From: Styela clava | Lineage: Eukaryota | Direction: 5' to 3' | Length of the DNA: 64,000 nucleotides | NCBI RefSeq assembly: GCF_964204865.1 | Contig: NC_135252.1 | Coordinates: 15,376,001-15,440,000 of the forward strand | Part shown: piece by piece, positions 1-11,849 of the stretch | Numbering within the stretch: position 1 is the stretch's first letter | Layout of the letters: each line of letters begins with the position of its first letter | The notes under the pieces: generated by a model | Told to the model about the DNA's origin: nothing | The model's database searches: none | Seen by the model: the letters and a program-made list of their open reading frames with translations, nothing else | Position numbers and translations under genes: made by a program

Positions 1-35
1 GCCCTGGACATAACAAATTCCAATAATAATACTAC

Positions 36-2216
36 CATGGTCCATGTCACTTCCTGAATCTACCACGTCTTCATATTGATCCTCCTCATCATTTTGTTCT
101 TTCACTGAAGTACTGATTTTCGCAGCAAATCTGTGTAATGTTGTCTTAGGTAATTGATTGTTCAAACCTAAAATTTAAGTAAATTTTTGCAAAAACAGAA
201 ACTTTTATTAAACACACATTTATTTAAATATACAATTCAAAAAGGAAGTTATTTCTAGAAGCCACATCCAAACTTCCATGCCATTATTCCTTAGTATATA
301 ATCAACATACCTTTTATAAAAGTCGCCATTACAAAATAATATGAAGTATAATCATGTCCATCAGTCCTAGCCAGCTTTTCGATATCAAGCTTCTTATTCA
401 AAGTCCTTTCGATTAGTTTTTCCAACATCTTTTTTTGTTCCTGAAAGAAGATGTCACGGATATTAATGATTTGCAACTAATTTCGGTTGGAAATCCATAA
501 ATGGATTTACTTTGAATAAAAAAAAGTAAAATTTGGCATTTTTCGTGATTTCAAGCATATGCAGTTAATAAGAGGAGCATATTTACAAGTATTGGTCCTT
601 TTTCTCTGCCTATATGTAGGCTACATTTATTTCAAATAGCATTACTTTAGAAATGCATTTAAATTGGGTAAATTCTCTAAAAGGTACATTTCCGCTTTAC
701 CTCATTAATCCGATCTCGATAAAGAACTAGGATTTTTGATGCTTCAACTGATTGTTTCTTCCTTAAAAATGCAATAACTGCCTGCTTTACAGTATGATGC
801 CAAATGTCACAGAAATTCTGCAAAAAATAATAAAACTCATTCTCACGTTATAAACATTGAAGAATTTGAAAACCTAAGAAATGAATGGCACAGTTACCGG
901 TACCTCTAAATCGATGCCTATTGATTTTCTAAAGATTCCTAAAGGCTTTTGATCTAAACTAAACACAAGATTGTAAATAGATCTATCTCTTGACTCAAAA
1001 TCTTTTTTTAAATATAGCATCAGTGTCAAAAGTAGATTGTCATGCAGCATAAGCAATACAGTGTCTATCCATATGGCGGGAATATACACTAACATTAACA
1101 TTATCAGTTTTATATTATCAAAATAATTTTGAAAACATAGTCATTACATCTCCATAGCATGAAAGTACAATAATGTCCAAATAATTTTGTCTTCTATAAT
1201 TCAATTAGAGGTGATAAAGTTTAGAAAAAAACACCAATTTGGATTGTGTGAATTATAACAGAACATGGTAATAAATATCAACAGTCAAAATTTATTTGTA
1301 CTAAATTCTTGGCACTTTAATGACTTACCGGATGTTTGATTACATTTTGAAATGCCAGTGCAATATCACTCAAGCGAATGAGAGCAGTTTCTAATGGAGC
1401 CAAATTCTCAGAAGTAAACCTCTGGTCAATATGTTCACCTAACATCAAGCTGGAATTATATAAAACAATACAAGATTAAAAATATTTAACTTGATATTAA
1501 TTGGACGGATTTGGTAGATGACAAGCTGTATTGTTGGCTCAGTGTTTCTCAACTGGAGGAATTTTGTTAGGAGTGAGAGTTGAGCATAATACTAGTTAAG
1601 CATTTATTAACTACTGAACAAAGAACAGAGTTTTACGCACAGTGGGGGAGGAAAAAGAGATCTTAAATCAGCATAAAATGGAATGTATCGAAAAAAATTA
1701 GAAACAATTACTTTAGCTAATTGTTATGCACTAAATCAAAATTTTGTTTTTTAATTAATAAGTATTAGAAAAATAACAATTGAGGGACAGCAGCATTGTA
1801 TCACGGTAAATGAAAAATATCACAATGTAGAGACAATGCAATCAAGCCCCTGTTGGTCAAGGATGGGATCTTCTTAATCCTAATAACTAGCATTATTATT
1901 AAGGATTTCGTTATTTCCAAATTTAAATACAAGCTCTGAGTCTTTTATCAGTGCCTAAGAATCGAATTGATATTTATCAAATTAGTAAATGTACTTACCA
2001 TTCGACAACGATAAACAAGAGAATTCTTTTCTGAAAGGATGAACATTGAGATAGATAAGTTGGAACTTTTTTGATCTTGCTCATAAAACAAGAAACCAGT
2101 TTAGTTATGGCTGGATAAGTTGTCATCAAATGAATGAATGATTGCACTCCTCTATTTGTTTTTTCAACATCATTTAAATCTATAAACAAACTGGACAGCA
2201 TACTGTCTGCGACCAT
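36..2216 (-). CDS. TERF: Telomeric repeat-binding factor (TRF1/TRF2-like), N-terminal TRFH dimerisation domain; 3' part runs off the window
   Basis: GT-AG exons 2216-1999, 1449-1329, 817-701, 440-311 and 167-36 splice in frame. They give ...VECLMLGEHIDQRFTSENLAPLETALIRL...VKQAVIAFLRKKQSVEASKIL...DYTSYYFVMATFIKGL..PKTTLHRFAAK. This resembles recalled TRFH motifs (TRF2 [37 protein letters not shown]; TRF1 STFLMKAAAK). The Myb domain would lie outside the window. Confidence 0.75.
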
Positions 2217-2961
2217 CTTGCCCTGAAAGGAAAAGCAAAGTTTCAAACATCCTTATGTGAAAACTGATGCGTATGTTAAGTGTGATGGTTTGTGTTTAGC
2301 ATCTTGGGCATCATACATCATTATCTTGGGTTAAAACTCATGCAAAACATCTTAATCAATTTGTATTAATCACTACAATGACTTGACTCACAGAAACACT
2401 TTCTAATATGAAAACTGAGAATAAGGTAATTAATTAGGGGTATAATTCAAAACAAATATATTTGAGTTTTATAGGATTTTGAAAGTAAATATTTGAAATA
2501 TGATTATCCTGATATTGTAAAGATGCAGATATAGTACAGATTACAGTACTTTAGATAATTTATTGAAGGTATCAGTGAGATAGTTAAATGACAAGATAGA
2601 ATACAGTGATGCATTGTACATAATTTTTTTTGTCATATTGATATTGTGGAGACTAGTGAGCATTGAATGGATGTTGTCTTCAAGTTTTGTGTGAGTTTAG
2701 GTCACCCATGGTTCGTGATAATGCATAGGCATCCCCCGGCCATAGAAGTTCTCTGGATTGCAGGAAATATGATTTATGTTTTTATCTTCACTAAATATGT
2801 GTGTGTTTAATCATCAAAGACAAGTTCAAAAGAAAACACATATATCACTCCGTAAAGGAAAACCAGGCCCGATATAGCGAAAATAGACATTACCATACTC
2901 TGATTATTTCCATATATTTTATTCGTCACAAACAAAAAAGTCAAAAACTGAAACACAAATT

Positions 2962-4061
2962 TCACATTGAGTCATCGGGTAGAGAAGCCACTGTAGTATT
3001 TGGAACAGAAGTACCAGTAGATAAAATGGCAGAAGAAGTTGTGCTATTAACAGCACTGGAATTTCTATTTGATTGCATTGATGTCATTTCTGTTGCATAA
3101 ATCTCATCAAGAAACGTCTTGACAAATCTATGAAATAAATTAGGATTGTCAAGATATGCGGGATGACTACCATTAGGGATGACTTTTATTTTGCTACCAG
3201 GTATATTCGCTATAACTTCACTAGTTCTTTTGCCCCAAGTATCCCTCGAGCCATAAACAATCAATGCTGGTAAAATAATTTTCTGAAATTTTTCTTTTGT
3301 TCCGCCATAATTAGAAGGCGCTATTGGGATATATCCCCTCAGTTTAGAAGAATGATTAAGCACATAAGGTATTGAGTAGCGGCCACTCATTGATGGGCTG
3401 ACAAGAATAGGTCTTTCAATTCCAATATTAGCAATAAGTTCATCCATAAAATCATTAGTGTCTCCTCTGAAATAGCCTTTTGTGCGTCCAAATCCTGGTA
3501 GATCCACAGCAATAGGATTGTAGCCATTTTTTGCCAAGAACCGTAATGTTCCTAATTTTCGCCAAGTCTGTGACGAGAAAGCAGCTCCATGGAGAAGTAG
3601 AATTGGAAGTTTTGTATCAGAACCATCAACAACTTTAGCAGTTTGAAAGTAGACTCGATGTCCATTTGTCAGATATGCACCAGTTGAATACTTGATACGA
3701 ACTGGTGGTGGAACAGTGGTAGTTGTAACACTGACTTTTAAACCACCGTTACTCTGTTTTCCTCCTGGAATGTACAAAAGTGAATCAGTTAACAGTATTT
3801 TAAATTAAGCAAGATAATGATTAAGTGATAAAAACTTAAATTCTTTTTCGAAAGACTCTATAGTGATAAAGTGGAACTGTTATATACCCTACCCTGTTCA
3901 TTTACAGGATTAATTAAACAATACAAAGTAAAACAGTTATCAGATTTATAACTATTCATAATCATAACATAAAAACCACTTAACATATATCCTACATACA
4001 TACCATTTGCTGAGGCTTTGAAGATGCAACATAAAATCACAATCACAAGTTTTCCTTCCAT
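2962..4061 (-). CDS. ABHD14: ABHD14-family alpha/beta hydrolase with signal peptide/anchor and Ser/Thr-rich tail
   Basis: Exon 4061-4004 (MEGKLVIVILCCIFKASANG, donor GTATGT) splices in phase to exon 3764-2962 (acceptor TTCCAG). It carries LLLHGAAFSSQTW, AVDLPGFG, the ABHD14-type nucleophile elbow SPSMSG and GSHPAYLD. Confidence 0.9.
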
Positions 4062-4875
4062 ATTTGATAGCTTGTTTTTTGACTATACCTATGCCACTCA
4101 CAAGATATATATGTACATACAAAAATGTACAATGTCATGGTGATACTATCAGCTACATCATATACCTTTGCCCAAGGCAAAATACTAACCAAAATTAGTG
4201 ATAACGACCACAATATTTTGACTATCGGTACTTCATATGGATGTCATGATTTATTTATAAGATCAGCAACTCATGATGAACAACTCCGCATTATACAGCA
4301 AAATATAATGAAAATTGTGACAGATTATTTAACAATCATATAGCCTATAAAAGAGGTAGATAAAATTTTAATATTATGCACTATCCTGTCAACTAGATTT
4401 CAAAGTAGCAGAGATGTACCGTACAAAAGCCAGAGTGCTGTTTGCGAGTAACACAAGCTAATGACCCGTTAGAGATTGAATACCAGAAATGAAAAAATAT
4501 TCCATGTCAATGTCACTTTAATAAACAATCTCAGCAGTTGTGAAATCTCAGTGATTTTTAGTAATAACCTCTTAGTGTCACTTTGGTATGTGATTGAGAT
4601 CATGTTAAACCAGTGAGATCATGTACCAAGGTATTTTTATGTCGTTGAAATCGCATATCAATGTGGCACAAAACAATTTTTATGCCTGGTGGGGGATGGT
4701 AAGAGTGTCAAATAGGCCATGGGAGCAATGTTGGAGACTGGTGCACTATACATAATTTCGGTAATTGCAATATGTTTAAAAGGAAATGTCAACTGTGAGA
4801 AAAAAGTAACAAATCTGTCATCTTATTATTGTATGGTGTGATAGAAGAATCTGTGAGTTTGATTGAGATTGTTAC

Positions 4876-4921
4876 CTTGAACCCAAAGATAACACTCAAA
4901 AGTTTATTATCAGTGTTAAGT
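4876..4921 (-). other. Probable 46-nt 5'UTR exon of the ABHD14-like gene
   Basis: Strong acceptor CTCTTTCTGCTTTTCACAG and donor AAG|GTAACA on the minus strand; no ATG inside. Confidence 0.45.
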
Positions 4922-6158
4922 CTGTGAAAAGCAGAAAGAGACGTCTGAATGGAAAAAATAATGGCATGTCAATCAGCGATGAAAATTGTTTTGGGCCATA
5001 CATCAATCAGCCCAATCATATTTGTTCATCCTACTTATAAGAGCAGCATCACCTTTTTTTATCATGGTTTTAAATATCGCAGATTGCTGAATTTTAAAAC
5101 ATGGCTTAAAAATTATAAAATTCTTTCAAGGGTTGTATAGCTAATCAATGACTGTTATGCCTATTTTGTCATGTATCGGTATTCGAAAAAAAAGCTACTT
5201 TGCATTTGTACATGCTTTTACTCGTATAATCAACATACCTCCATAACATCTTTTACGGTTACTTCTTGCTTTGACATTTTTACTTTAAGTCACTCAACAT
5301 CCAATTCAAGAATTTCACATTATTATTATATTTATATTTGCTGCAAAAAAACACAGTTACATTACAAATATCAATTGAGAAAGCATGATACAAAGTTTGC
5401 TGTATTGAACATAGAGAAATCGAAAGCAAGCATTTGTAACCAAATTTATCAAATGGCCCAGGCATATAAAAACGATAGCAATCTACCATCAATAAAATAC
5501 CACTTCATACATCAAAAGTAGGGCCCGACCGGTACCAACATAGTAATAAGATTGATAGTTCTTTAACACTACACAAAATAGGAAAATATCAATGTTTTTC
5601 CACAAAAATGATGGGTTCTGGTCTTGGCATTACTTAACAATTTCTGCATATATCGGTGGGTCTTTTCTGGCCTCAATCTGACTACACCACACAAAAATCA
5701 CATCATTCTGATATGTCAATCACATAAAAGGAAAATAAGCATAAAAATGATAGCCTACAACAAGCAACGAAAACTTGGCATTGAGTGAATTTGAATATGG
5801 GAAAATCACTATGACACCATATCACAGAATTAGACAACAACAATTGATGTTAAAATTAGCCAATACTTTAATTCATTATTGGTAGGTGATATCGGTCCGA
5901 CCCTACTATGGAAATGAAAATATTGGTATACATCCTGATATTAAGGATAGAAATTCGTATTTTATTTATTATTGACTGGACTAGATGAATCAATCAGAAA
6001 ATTAGTCATGTACACAAACAAAAACCATAAATGAACCAAGTCTCAATGAAAAACTAGGAAGAATGAAACCCAATACTAAAACAGATCAGAACTTAAATTA
6101 CGCCATAAATACTTCTTAATAAGCACTGTATTGTTTAATTAAACCACCAATTCTAAAC

Positions 6159-6414
6159 CAGTGGGTCATAGCCTCTTGGCCAGAGCAACATTTTCAGATG
6201 GGACACAAAAAATTGCTAAAGATATTGATAAATTTAGCTAGATTGATGATAGTATCAGAGAATGACAATGCTGTATTTTGCTACAGGGTGGCATTCTAAT
6301 TATTGAAGTAAAGGTGTTTATTTTTGCAGAAAGGATTTTTTTCATAGTTACCCCCCTGCAGAATTTTTGTGCAAAGAAAATGGGCCATGAGAGAAAAAGG
6401 GTGTAGAACCACTG
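6159..6414. mobile_element. Degenerate hAT/Charlie-type MITE
   Basis: Ends CAGTGGGTCATAGCC ... GTAGAACCACTG resemble the other CAGTGGTTC..GAACCACTG elements in the window; TSD not preserved. Confidence 0.5.
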
Positions 6415-6536
6415 GTTTGGATCAATAGTAAAATGGTTTGAAAAATATTGAATTATATAAGAACCCAAACTAAACAAACCAATCTATAAATAGGAGTTTT
6501 TTTAAACAAATACAAAAATTTCAAATATTGAAAAAG

Positions 6537-7829
6537 TCACGGATTCATGAAAGAAATTTGTTTATCAGATGGAAAATCGTCCATAACTAGTATTCCCAAT
6601 TTTTTCATCTCGTCAGAGATTCCATCAATAAACCCAAACCAATAGATAACTATACCAGGACCAAATCTATTCCAATAACTATAATACTGGTCTCTCAAAT
6701 ATTCACTATGAGTTTGTAAGTCACCGAATGATGCTTTGCTTTCTATCCAACAAACCGGATAACCATTTACTGATATTGGAACTTCCAGTTTTACATCAGG
6801 AGTTTTGTCATATCCTCGTTTTCTTAGATCATTCTCATCCAGAAATGGTAGATTGTGCCTTTTTACATTTCGAACGAGTTTTTCCTCAAATTCAAGACCA
6901 ACCGAATGTCGGATAGCATCATTAATTGGGCCGTAACACACATCAAAACTTATACAATGCAAAACTTGTTCACGAAGCTTCTCATCTGGTATAAGAAAAG
7001 GATCATTCATCCAAGATGACACTTTATTTTTGATCGATGTTTGTGAAACAGAGCTTGTGCTAGGGGGTTTGCTAGTAGGCATTGATTGTGTGGAAGATTG
7101 GTGATTGCTCATTGGCGGAAAACTAACATCTGGTTTAGATTTATTTGATAACCCAATACGAGAGGCCGGAAAAGGTGAATATTTGGTTCCATCAACTCTA
7201 GCAAGATCTACAGTTTTCTGCACTTGTTCATTATTTATATTCTCCATTTTGAGTGATGCAACTGTAGTTTCTTGTGTAACATTTTGATTTTTTCTGTTAC
7301 CAATCACTGTTCCCGTAGCAAAATTTTCTTTGTTGTTAGCAGAAGCTTTTTCTTCAATGAGGTATTGCTCTACAATAATTCTTGCCATTAAACAAGGTGG
7401 AATTTCGAAATCATTTGCAATACCAATCAATACAGATTTGCCATTTACATCAGAAGAACCACTGTCAGTGCCATTCGAAACCGCTTCTTTTCCATTGCAC
7501 AATTTTGCAATTTCACTTGAGGTTTGTTCTATATTTTGTGCGGGTAATTTGTTACTTTTCACTACATTTTGTTTATGATTCATTTGATGTGAGATATTCA
7601 TTCGTTCTTTATATAATTTGTAATAATATTTCAATTTCTCTTCTTTCATTTTTGAGTGGTACGTCATTTTCACTTTTCGTTGCAAACAGGTCAAAAATAT
7701 ACTCATTAGTGTATGATATTGATATTGAGACCCAAAGTTTGAAATAACATTAGAGAGAACTGTTCTTGGACAATTAGATTTGTGGTAATTGATAAAGTCA
7801 AAGATTGTGCTGTATTCTTCCAGCCTCAT
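6537..7829 (-). CDS. CDIN1: CDAN1-interacting nuclease 1 (C15orf41) homolog, intronless, 430 aa
   Basis: Motifs PCLMARIIVE, CYGPINDAIRHSVGLEFEEKL, LRKRGYDKTPD..LEVP, WIESKASFGD, QYYSYWNRFGPGIVIYWFGFI; PD-(D/E)xK-like C-terminus. Confidence 0.93.
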   Translation of the reverse strand: MRLEEYSTIFDFINYHKSNCPRTVLSNVISNFGSQYQYHTLMSIFLTCLQRKVKMTYHSKMKEEKLKYYYKLYKERMNISHQMNHKQNVVKSNKLPAQNIEQTSSEIAKLCNGKEAVSNGTDSGSSDVNGKSVLIGIANDFEIPPCLMARIIVEQYLIEEKASANNKENFATGTVIGNRKNQNVTQETTVASLKMENINNEQVQKTVDLARVDGTKYSPFPASRIGLSNKSKPDVSFPPMSNHQSSTQSMPTSKPPSTSSVSQTSIKNKVSSWMNDPFLIPDEKLREQVLHCISFDVCYGPINDAIRHSVGLEFEEKLVRNVKRHNLPFLDENDLRKRGYDKTPDVKLEVPISVNGYPVCWIESKASFGDLQTHSEYLRDQYYSYWNRFGPGIVIYWFGFIDGISDEMKKLGILVMDDFPSDKQISFMNP

Positions 7830-7965
7830 TCTTCAAATAGATTGAATTTGAAGATTTCTAGCAGCAAACACAAAAAATTTATAATTGAAAAAAAAAATGT
7901 GGTTGTAAGCCAAATTGGATATATTTCACTACAAATTTATTTCAGTTTTAAAATTATCCTGTTTA

Positions 7966-8349
7966 CTATGCTACTTGTTTTCCAGTTGGCTTTGGAAGCG
8001 AAGCTTGAATTTTCATTAATGCTTGTCTTGTTGTCTCTTGTTTCTTTTCCAAATCCTCAATTGTTTTCTCTTGTCTTTTAAATTCCTCTGTAATATAATC
8101 AACTCGTTTTTTCACATTCGCTTTTGCTTCATTCAAATCCTGCTTCACCAATACAGGACCTGTAAGCTTATAAACAGTGGCATCACTTTCAAGAATATCC
8201 AACTCTTTTTGTACGAGAGTATTCTCTGTAAGTTGAGCTTCAAGCTGTTGTCGTAGTTTCACACACTTGCCAATAGCTTTTTGATTTTTTTGCAATTCAG
8301 AAACGTGACTTTGAAATTCTAGCTGTACTTTTTTATTAACTTTTTCCAT
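7966..8349 (-). CDS. PFDN6: Prefoldin subunit 6, intronless
   Basis: RQQLEAQLTENTLVQKELD...VYKLTGPVLVKQDLNEAKANVKKRVDYI is the beta-prefoldin PFDN6/YKE2 signature; 127 aa. Confidence 0.95.
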   Translation of the reverse strand: MEKVNKKVQLEFQSHVSELQKNQKAIGKCVKLRQQLEAQLTENTLVQKELDILESDATVYKLTGPVLVKQDLNEAKANVKKRVDYITEEFKRQEKTIEDLEKKQETTRQALMKIQASLPKPTGKQVA

Positions 8350-9559
8350 CCTGCTATAATATCACAAAAATACAAAAAAGATACGTTACATGAAGAACAT
8401 GTGGAAGCTATATATACATAAATGTAGAAAATATTGATGAAAAACAGCAAAACATCTGAATATATTGAATATAATGAAAATAAGTCATAACATCACAATA
8501 TAGCCATTTCGAAAAGACTGCACATTTAAATAACCCCATAAAGTGAAATATCATCCTTCGATAAGTTATTTTTTTAACTGATGGCGAGCTTGACTGTAAT
8601 CTTTGTCCATGTTGTTCTATTGAGCAATTTGTAAAATGAGTAATTTGAAACTTCAAACAATGATACAACACATAAACATAAAAAAAAAAAAAAACTTAAT
8701 GACTCCCATGGACAATAATCTCTACTAGGCAAAAACGAATGATCAAACAACACCTTACAAAAGAATAGGTTATAACTGTATACAAAATATAGCAAAAAAT
8801 CTTGCCAACTTATACATATCATGATTGTATTTTGCAGAAGCTGGCTAATATACAGAAATTAACATTGTGTAAGATATGTCAGAATTTAGTTCTTAATCTA
8901 ATATCGCAACAAAATGCAAATACTCGATGCACTACACAGAATTCTAGTACTCCATATAGCTTAAAAAGCATTTTTCTAGGAAAGTTGGTAGCATACGTGA
9001 CGCATTAATTGACTTAATATATTGCAAGAAATGACATGAATATTATTTTGAAACAACTGTCAGAGAAAATTTTTTTATTCAAATAATAAAACTAAATTCA
9101 TAAGAAACGATTACTAAAACAGACATGATTCCCTCAAAACAAATAACTTGGTGAATGCAGCATAAAATTTCATTAAACATAGAATTACAAAAGAGAAAAC
9201 GGGCAACAGACGGGCACAATTACATATATGCATTAAAAAATGTACAGACTTGAAATATGTTTTTACAAATATAGCAATTTGCTTCAAAACTATCACAGTT
9301 AAAGCTGGACTAAGATACAGGAATGCCTCCAAGGTGCCAATGGTTGGCATATCAGCCTCAAAAGATAGTGTCCAAAATTTTATTCGAGGTTAGTTTTGCA
9401 TTTCACACAACATAAGTTTTACCCAGGATATAATAATAAAGACAAATTATTCTCAAATAATGAACTTCCATTCCTATCGCAATATTTTGTTAGTTATTTA
9501 AAGGAAGATGAGTTCAGAAAATTTGCTGCAAAAGCTTATATTATGTCAATCTGTAATCT

Positions 9560-11263
9560 TCAATCAATGTCTTCATCAGAATCTTTCTCTTCTGGTAATT
9601 GCATATTGTGGACTTTTTGTTGAAAAGGAACCAGATTACCAGTATCTGGATCGATACATACAGGTTTGATAATATCATCACTTGACAATTTCGAAATCTG
9701 ATTTGCTAATTGAACAGCAAGATATTCTTTCTGTTCTTCCGACATACCTTCCATCGGATTGGGAATATTAGGTGGAATGTGACCAGTAATGGGGTTAATT
9801 TTCTCTGCATTTTCTAAATATTCTTCTGTGTCAGAGTCAGAATCACAATCAGAATAAACAGTGTCTCCCTGGCCTCCTGCGAGTAACCCCCTGCTTGCAA
9901 GCAATCCCGCAGCATTTCCATAACCAGTGTATTTAACAAGTCTCTCCACCTTCTCTCTGCACAAGACAAATACAAAATCAGCAGCAGCCGCTTTTACTTC
10001 TGTGTTAGCATGTGTGAAAAGCTTTATCAATTTATTACGAAATTCTGGTCCAACTTCAGGACGATGCTCAAAATCCTTACGTGGTGGGATAACGTAATTC
10101 TTGCAATATTTTCTGACATATCTTGATGTACGACTGATGTGGCTCAGCAGTGAAAGAACAGGTTGCAAGCTTTCAGTTGTCAATGACTTATTGTGAATCT
10201 TCAATTCAACTTCTTTTAAAATATTCAAAACAGCACTGAGATCTCTTTCCTCCCATTGCGGGATGTCTTCGCCATTGTATGAAAACACATCATCAGGGTC
10301 ATACTTGTCAATTAAAGGAATTATCGTATCATCAAGTAAACAAGACCTGGGCACAGTGTATAAACAATTTCCTGCGTCACCATGTAATTTCTCCGTCAAA
10401 ACTTTGTCATCACCTGCTTGAACCAAATACAATTTACGACAAACTGATGTCAAATCTTCAAATTCAATAGTAATTCTTTCTTCCTTTACTTGACTTTCTT
10501 CATGCCGATATTTCAGATTCAAATTGAACAGTGTTCTTAATATTTCACAACAGGATTTTGCATGTGCAGGAGAAATACTAGCTCTGATACATGGCGTAGG
10601 TTTAACAACTCTTTTTGATGATGTCAATTTCGAATTCAAATAATCCAACAAGACTCGGCTACCCTCGTGGTTTTCAATAATCTTTGTTCTTGCTTGCACA
10701 TTGAGCACAGAAACGAGAAACAGCAATCGAAGTGTTAAAAATTCAACTTCAGTATCATTTGATTCATCTTTGGGATCCAGAGATTTCAAACGTTGCAAAA
10801 TGCCTTTTATAAGTTCATCGTCGCAACAATAACCTTGCGAATCTTTTGAAATGAACATGATATTGCATAGACATTTACTAGCAAGTGTAAACAGTATCTT
10901 AGACGTTTCGATGACCGTCATTGCCTTCCCATTTTTATCCAGTAATCCAGCAATCACTGTCAATATCTTCCATGTTTCTCGATTCAAAAATCTTCCATTC
11001 ATTGACATATGATCTCTAGACATTACGACTAGAGCAGAAAGGCTTTCCACCACATATTCAGATTCTGAGGTGCTTTCACCATCCAGAGAAGACTTTAAAA
11101 TATCCAATAAATGTGAGACAAATAGTTTTCTTTCTTGCATGTCATTTTTGCCAAAAATGAAAGCGCCACTATTCTTTGCATTGAACTTTTTTAATGCTTC
11201 TAATGATTTATCAGTATCATTCTCAGATAATATAGTATTAGGATATCCATTAATAGGTTCCAT
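9560..11263 (-). CDS. RIC8: Synembryn / RIC-8 G-alpha GEF and chaperone, intronless
   Basis: KCLCNI, LRLLFL, EILRTLFN, RPEVG..RNKL, FVLCREKVERLVKYTGYGNAAGLLASRGLL, YSD.DSDSDTEEY, INPITG, MSEEQKEYLA. First ATG at 11263 (the ORF track starts at an upstream GTG). Confidence 0.95.
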   Translation of the reverse strand: MEPINGYPNTILSENDTDKSLEALKKFNAKNSGAFIFGKNDMQERKLFVSHLLDILKSSLDGESTSESEYVVESLSALVVMSRDHMSMNGRFLNRETWKILTVIAGLLDKNGKAMTVIETSKILFTLASKCLCNIMFISKDSQGYCCDDELIKGILQRLKSLDPKDESNDTEVEFLTLRLLFLVSVLNVQARTKIIENHEGSRVLLDYLNSKLTSSKRVVKPTPCIRASISPAHAKSCCEILRTLFNLNLKYRHEESQVKEERITIEFEDLTSVCRKLYLVQAGDDKVLTEKLHGDAGNCLYTVPRSCLLDDTIIPLIDKYDPDDVFSYNGEDIPQWEERDLSAVLNILKEVELKIHNKSLTTESLQPVLSLLSHISRTSRYVRKYCKNYVIPPRKDFEHRPEVGPEFRNKLIKLFTHANTEVKAAAADFVFVLCREKVERLVKYTGYGNAAGLLASRGLLAGGQGDTVYSDCDSDSDTEEYLENAEKINPITGHIPPNIPNPMEGMSEEQKEYLAVQLANQISKLSSDDIIKPVCIDPDTGNLVPFQQKVHNMQLPEEKDSDEDID

Positions 11264-11849
11264 TGTCAGACTGTGGTTCACACTAAATGAAGGAAATCAC
11301 TAATACTGTAATAGTATAGTTTAGTACAAGTAATGATCTGAACAGTTGTATATTGAATAATTATGAAAGGAGGATTTCTTAATAATCCTTTCACACATAA
11401 GGTATACACCTATTGTGAGAGATAAACAACTTAATTATTCTTTAAACCACTAACCAGAAACACAAAACATAAATAATAGACCAAATGAGTGATTCAAAAT
11501 AAAATCTTTTATTAATGACTGGGTGGTAAAGAATGAGTTAATCAGATTTTTTCACCACCCAATACATGAATAAGTAATTGAAACTAGTTCAGTACTATTG
11601 ATCTCTCTATACCAGAATACTGCAATATGTTAAAAGTTATAAGCACCGTACTGCTGGATGAATTTAATCTGACAGAGAAAAATTCTTGAATACCAAGTAC
11701 AGAACTATTGCGCTATAAACAATGGGGATAAAAATATGTGGTGTGGGGCACGTGGAGTCTAACGAAGTACACGGAGCAAGTTTTTAAATAATGCCAACCA
11801 AAAAAAAAAACATGATGTAAAAAAAATAAAGTCCAATATTTATTATTTT

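Noticed and set aside
2620-2755. Extra coding exon upstream of TERF
   Set aside because: An acceptor-like CAG is present, but all frames stop early and there is no convincing donor.
4100-6480. Short 60-116 aa ORFs here and in introns throughout the window
   Set aside because: No recognisable motifs; AT-rich random or antisense shadow ORFs.
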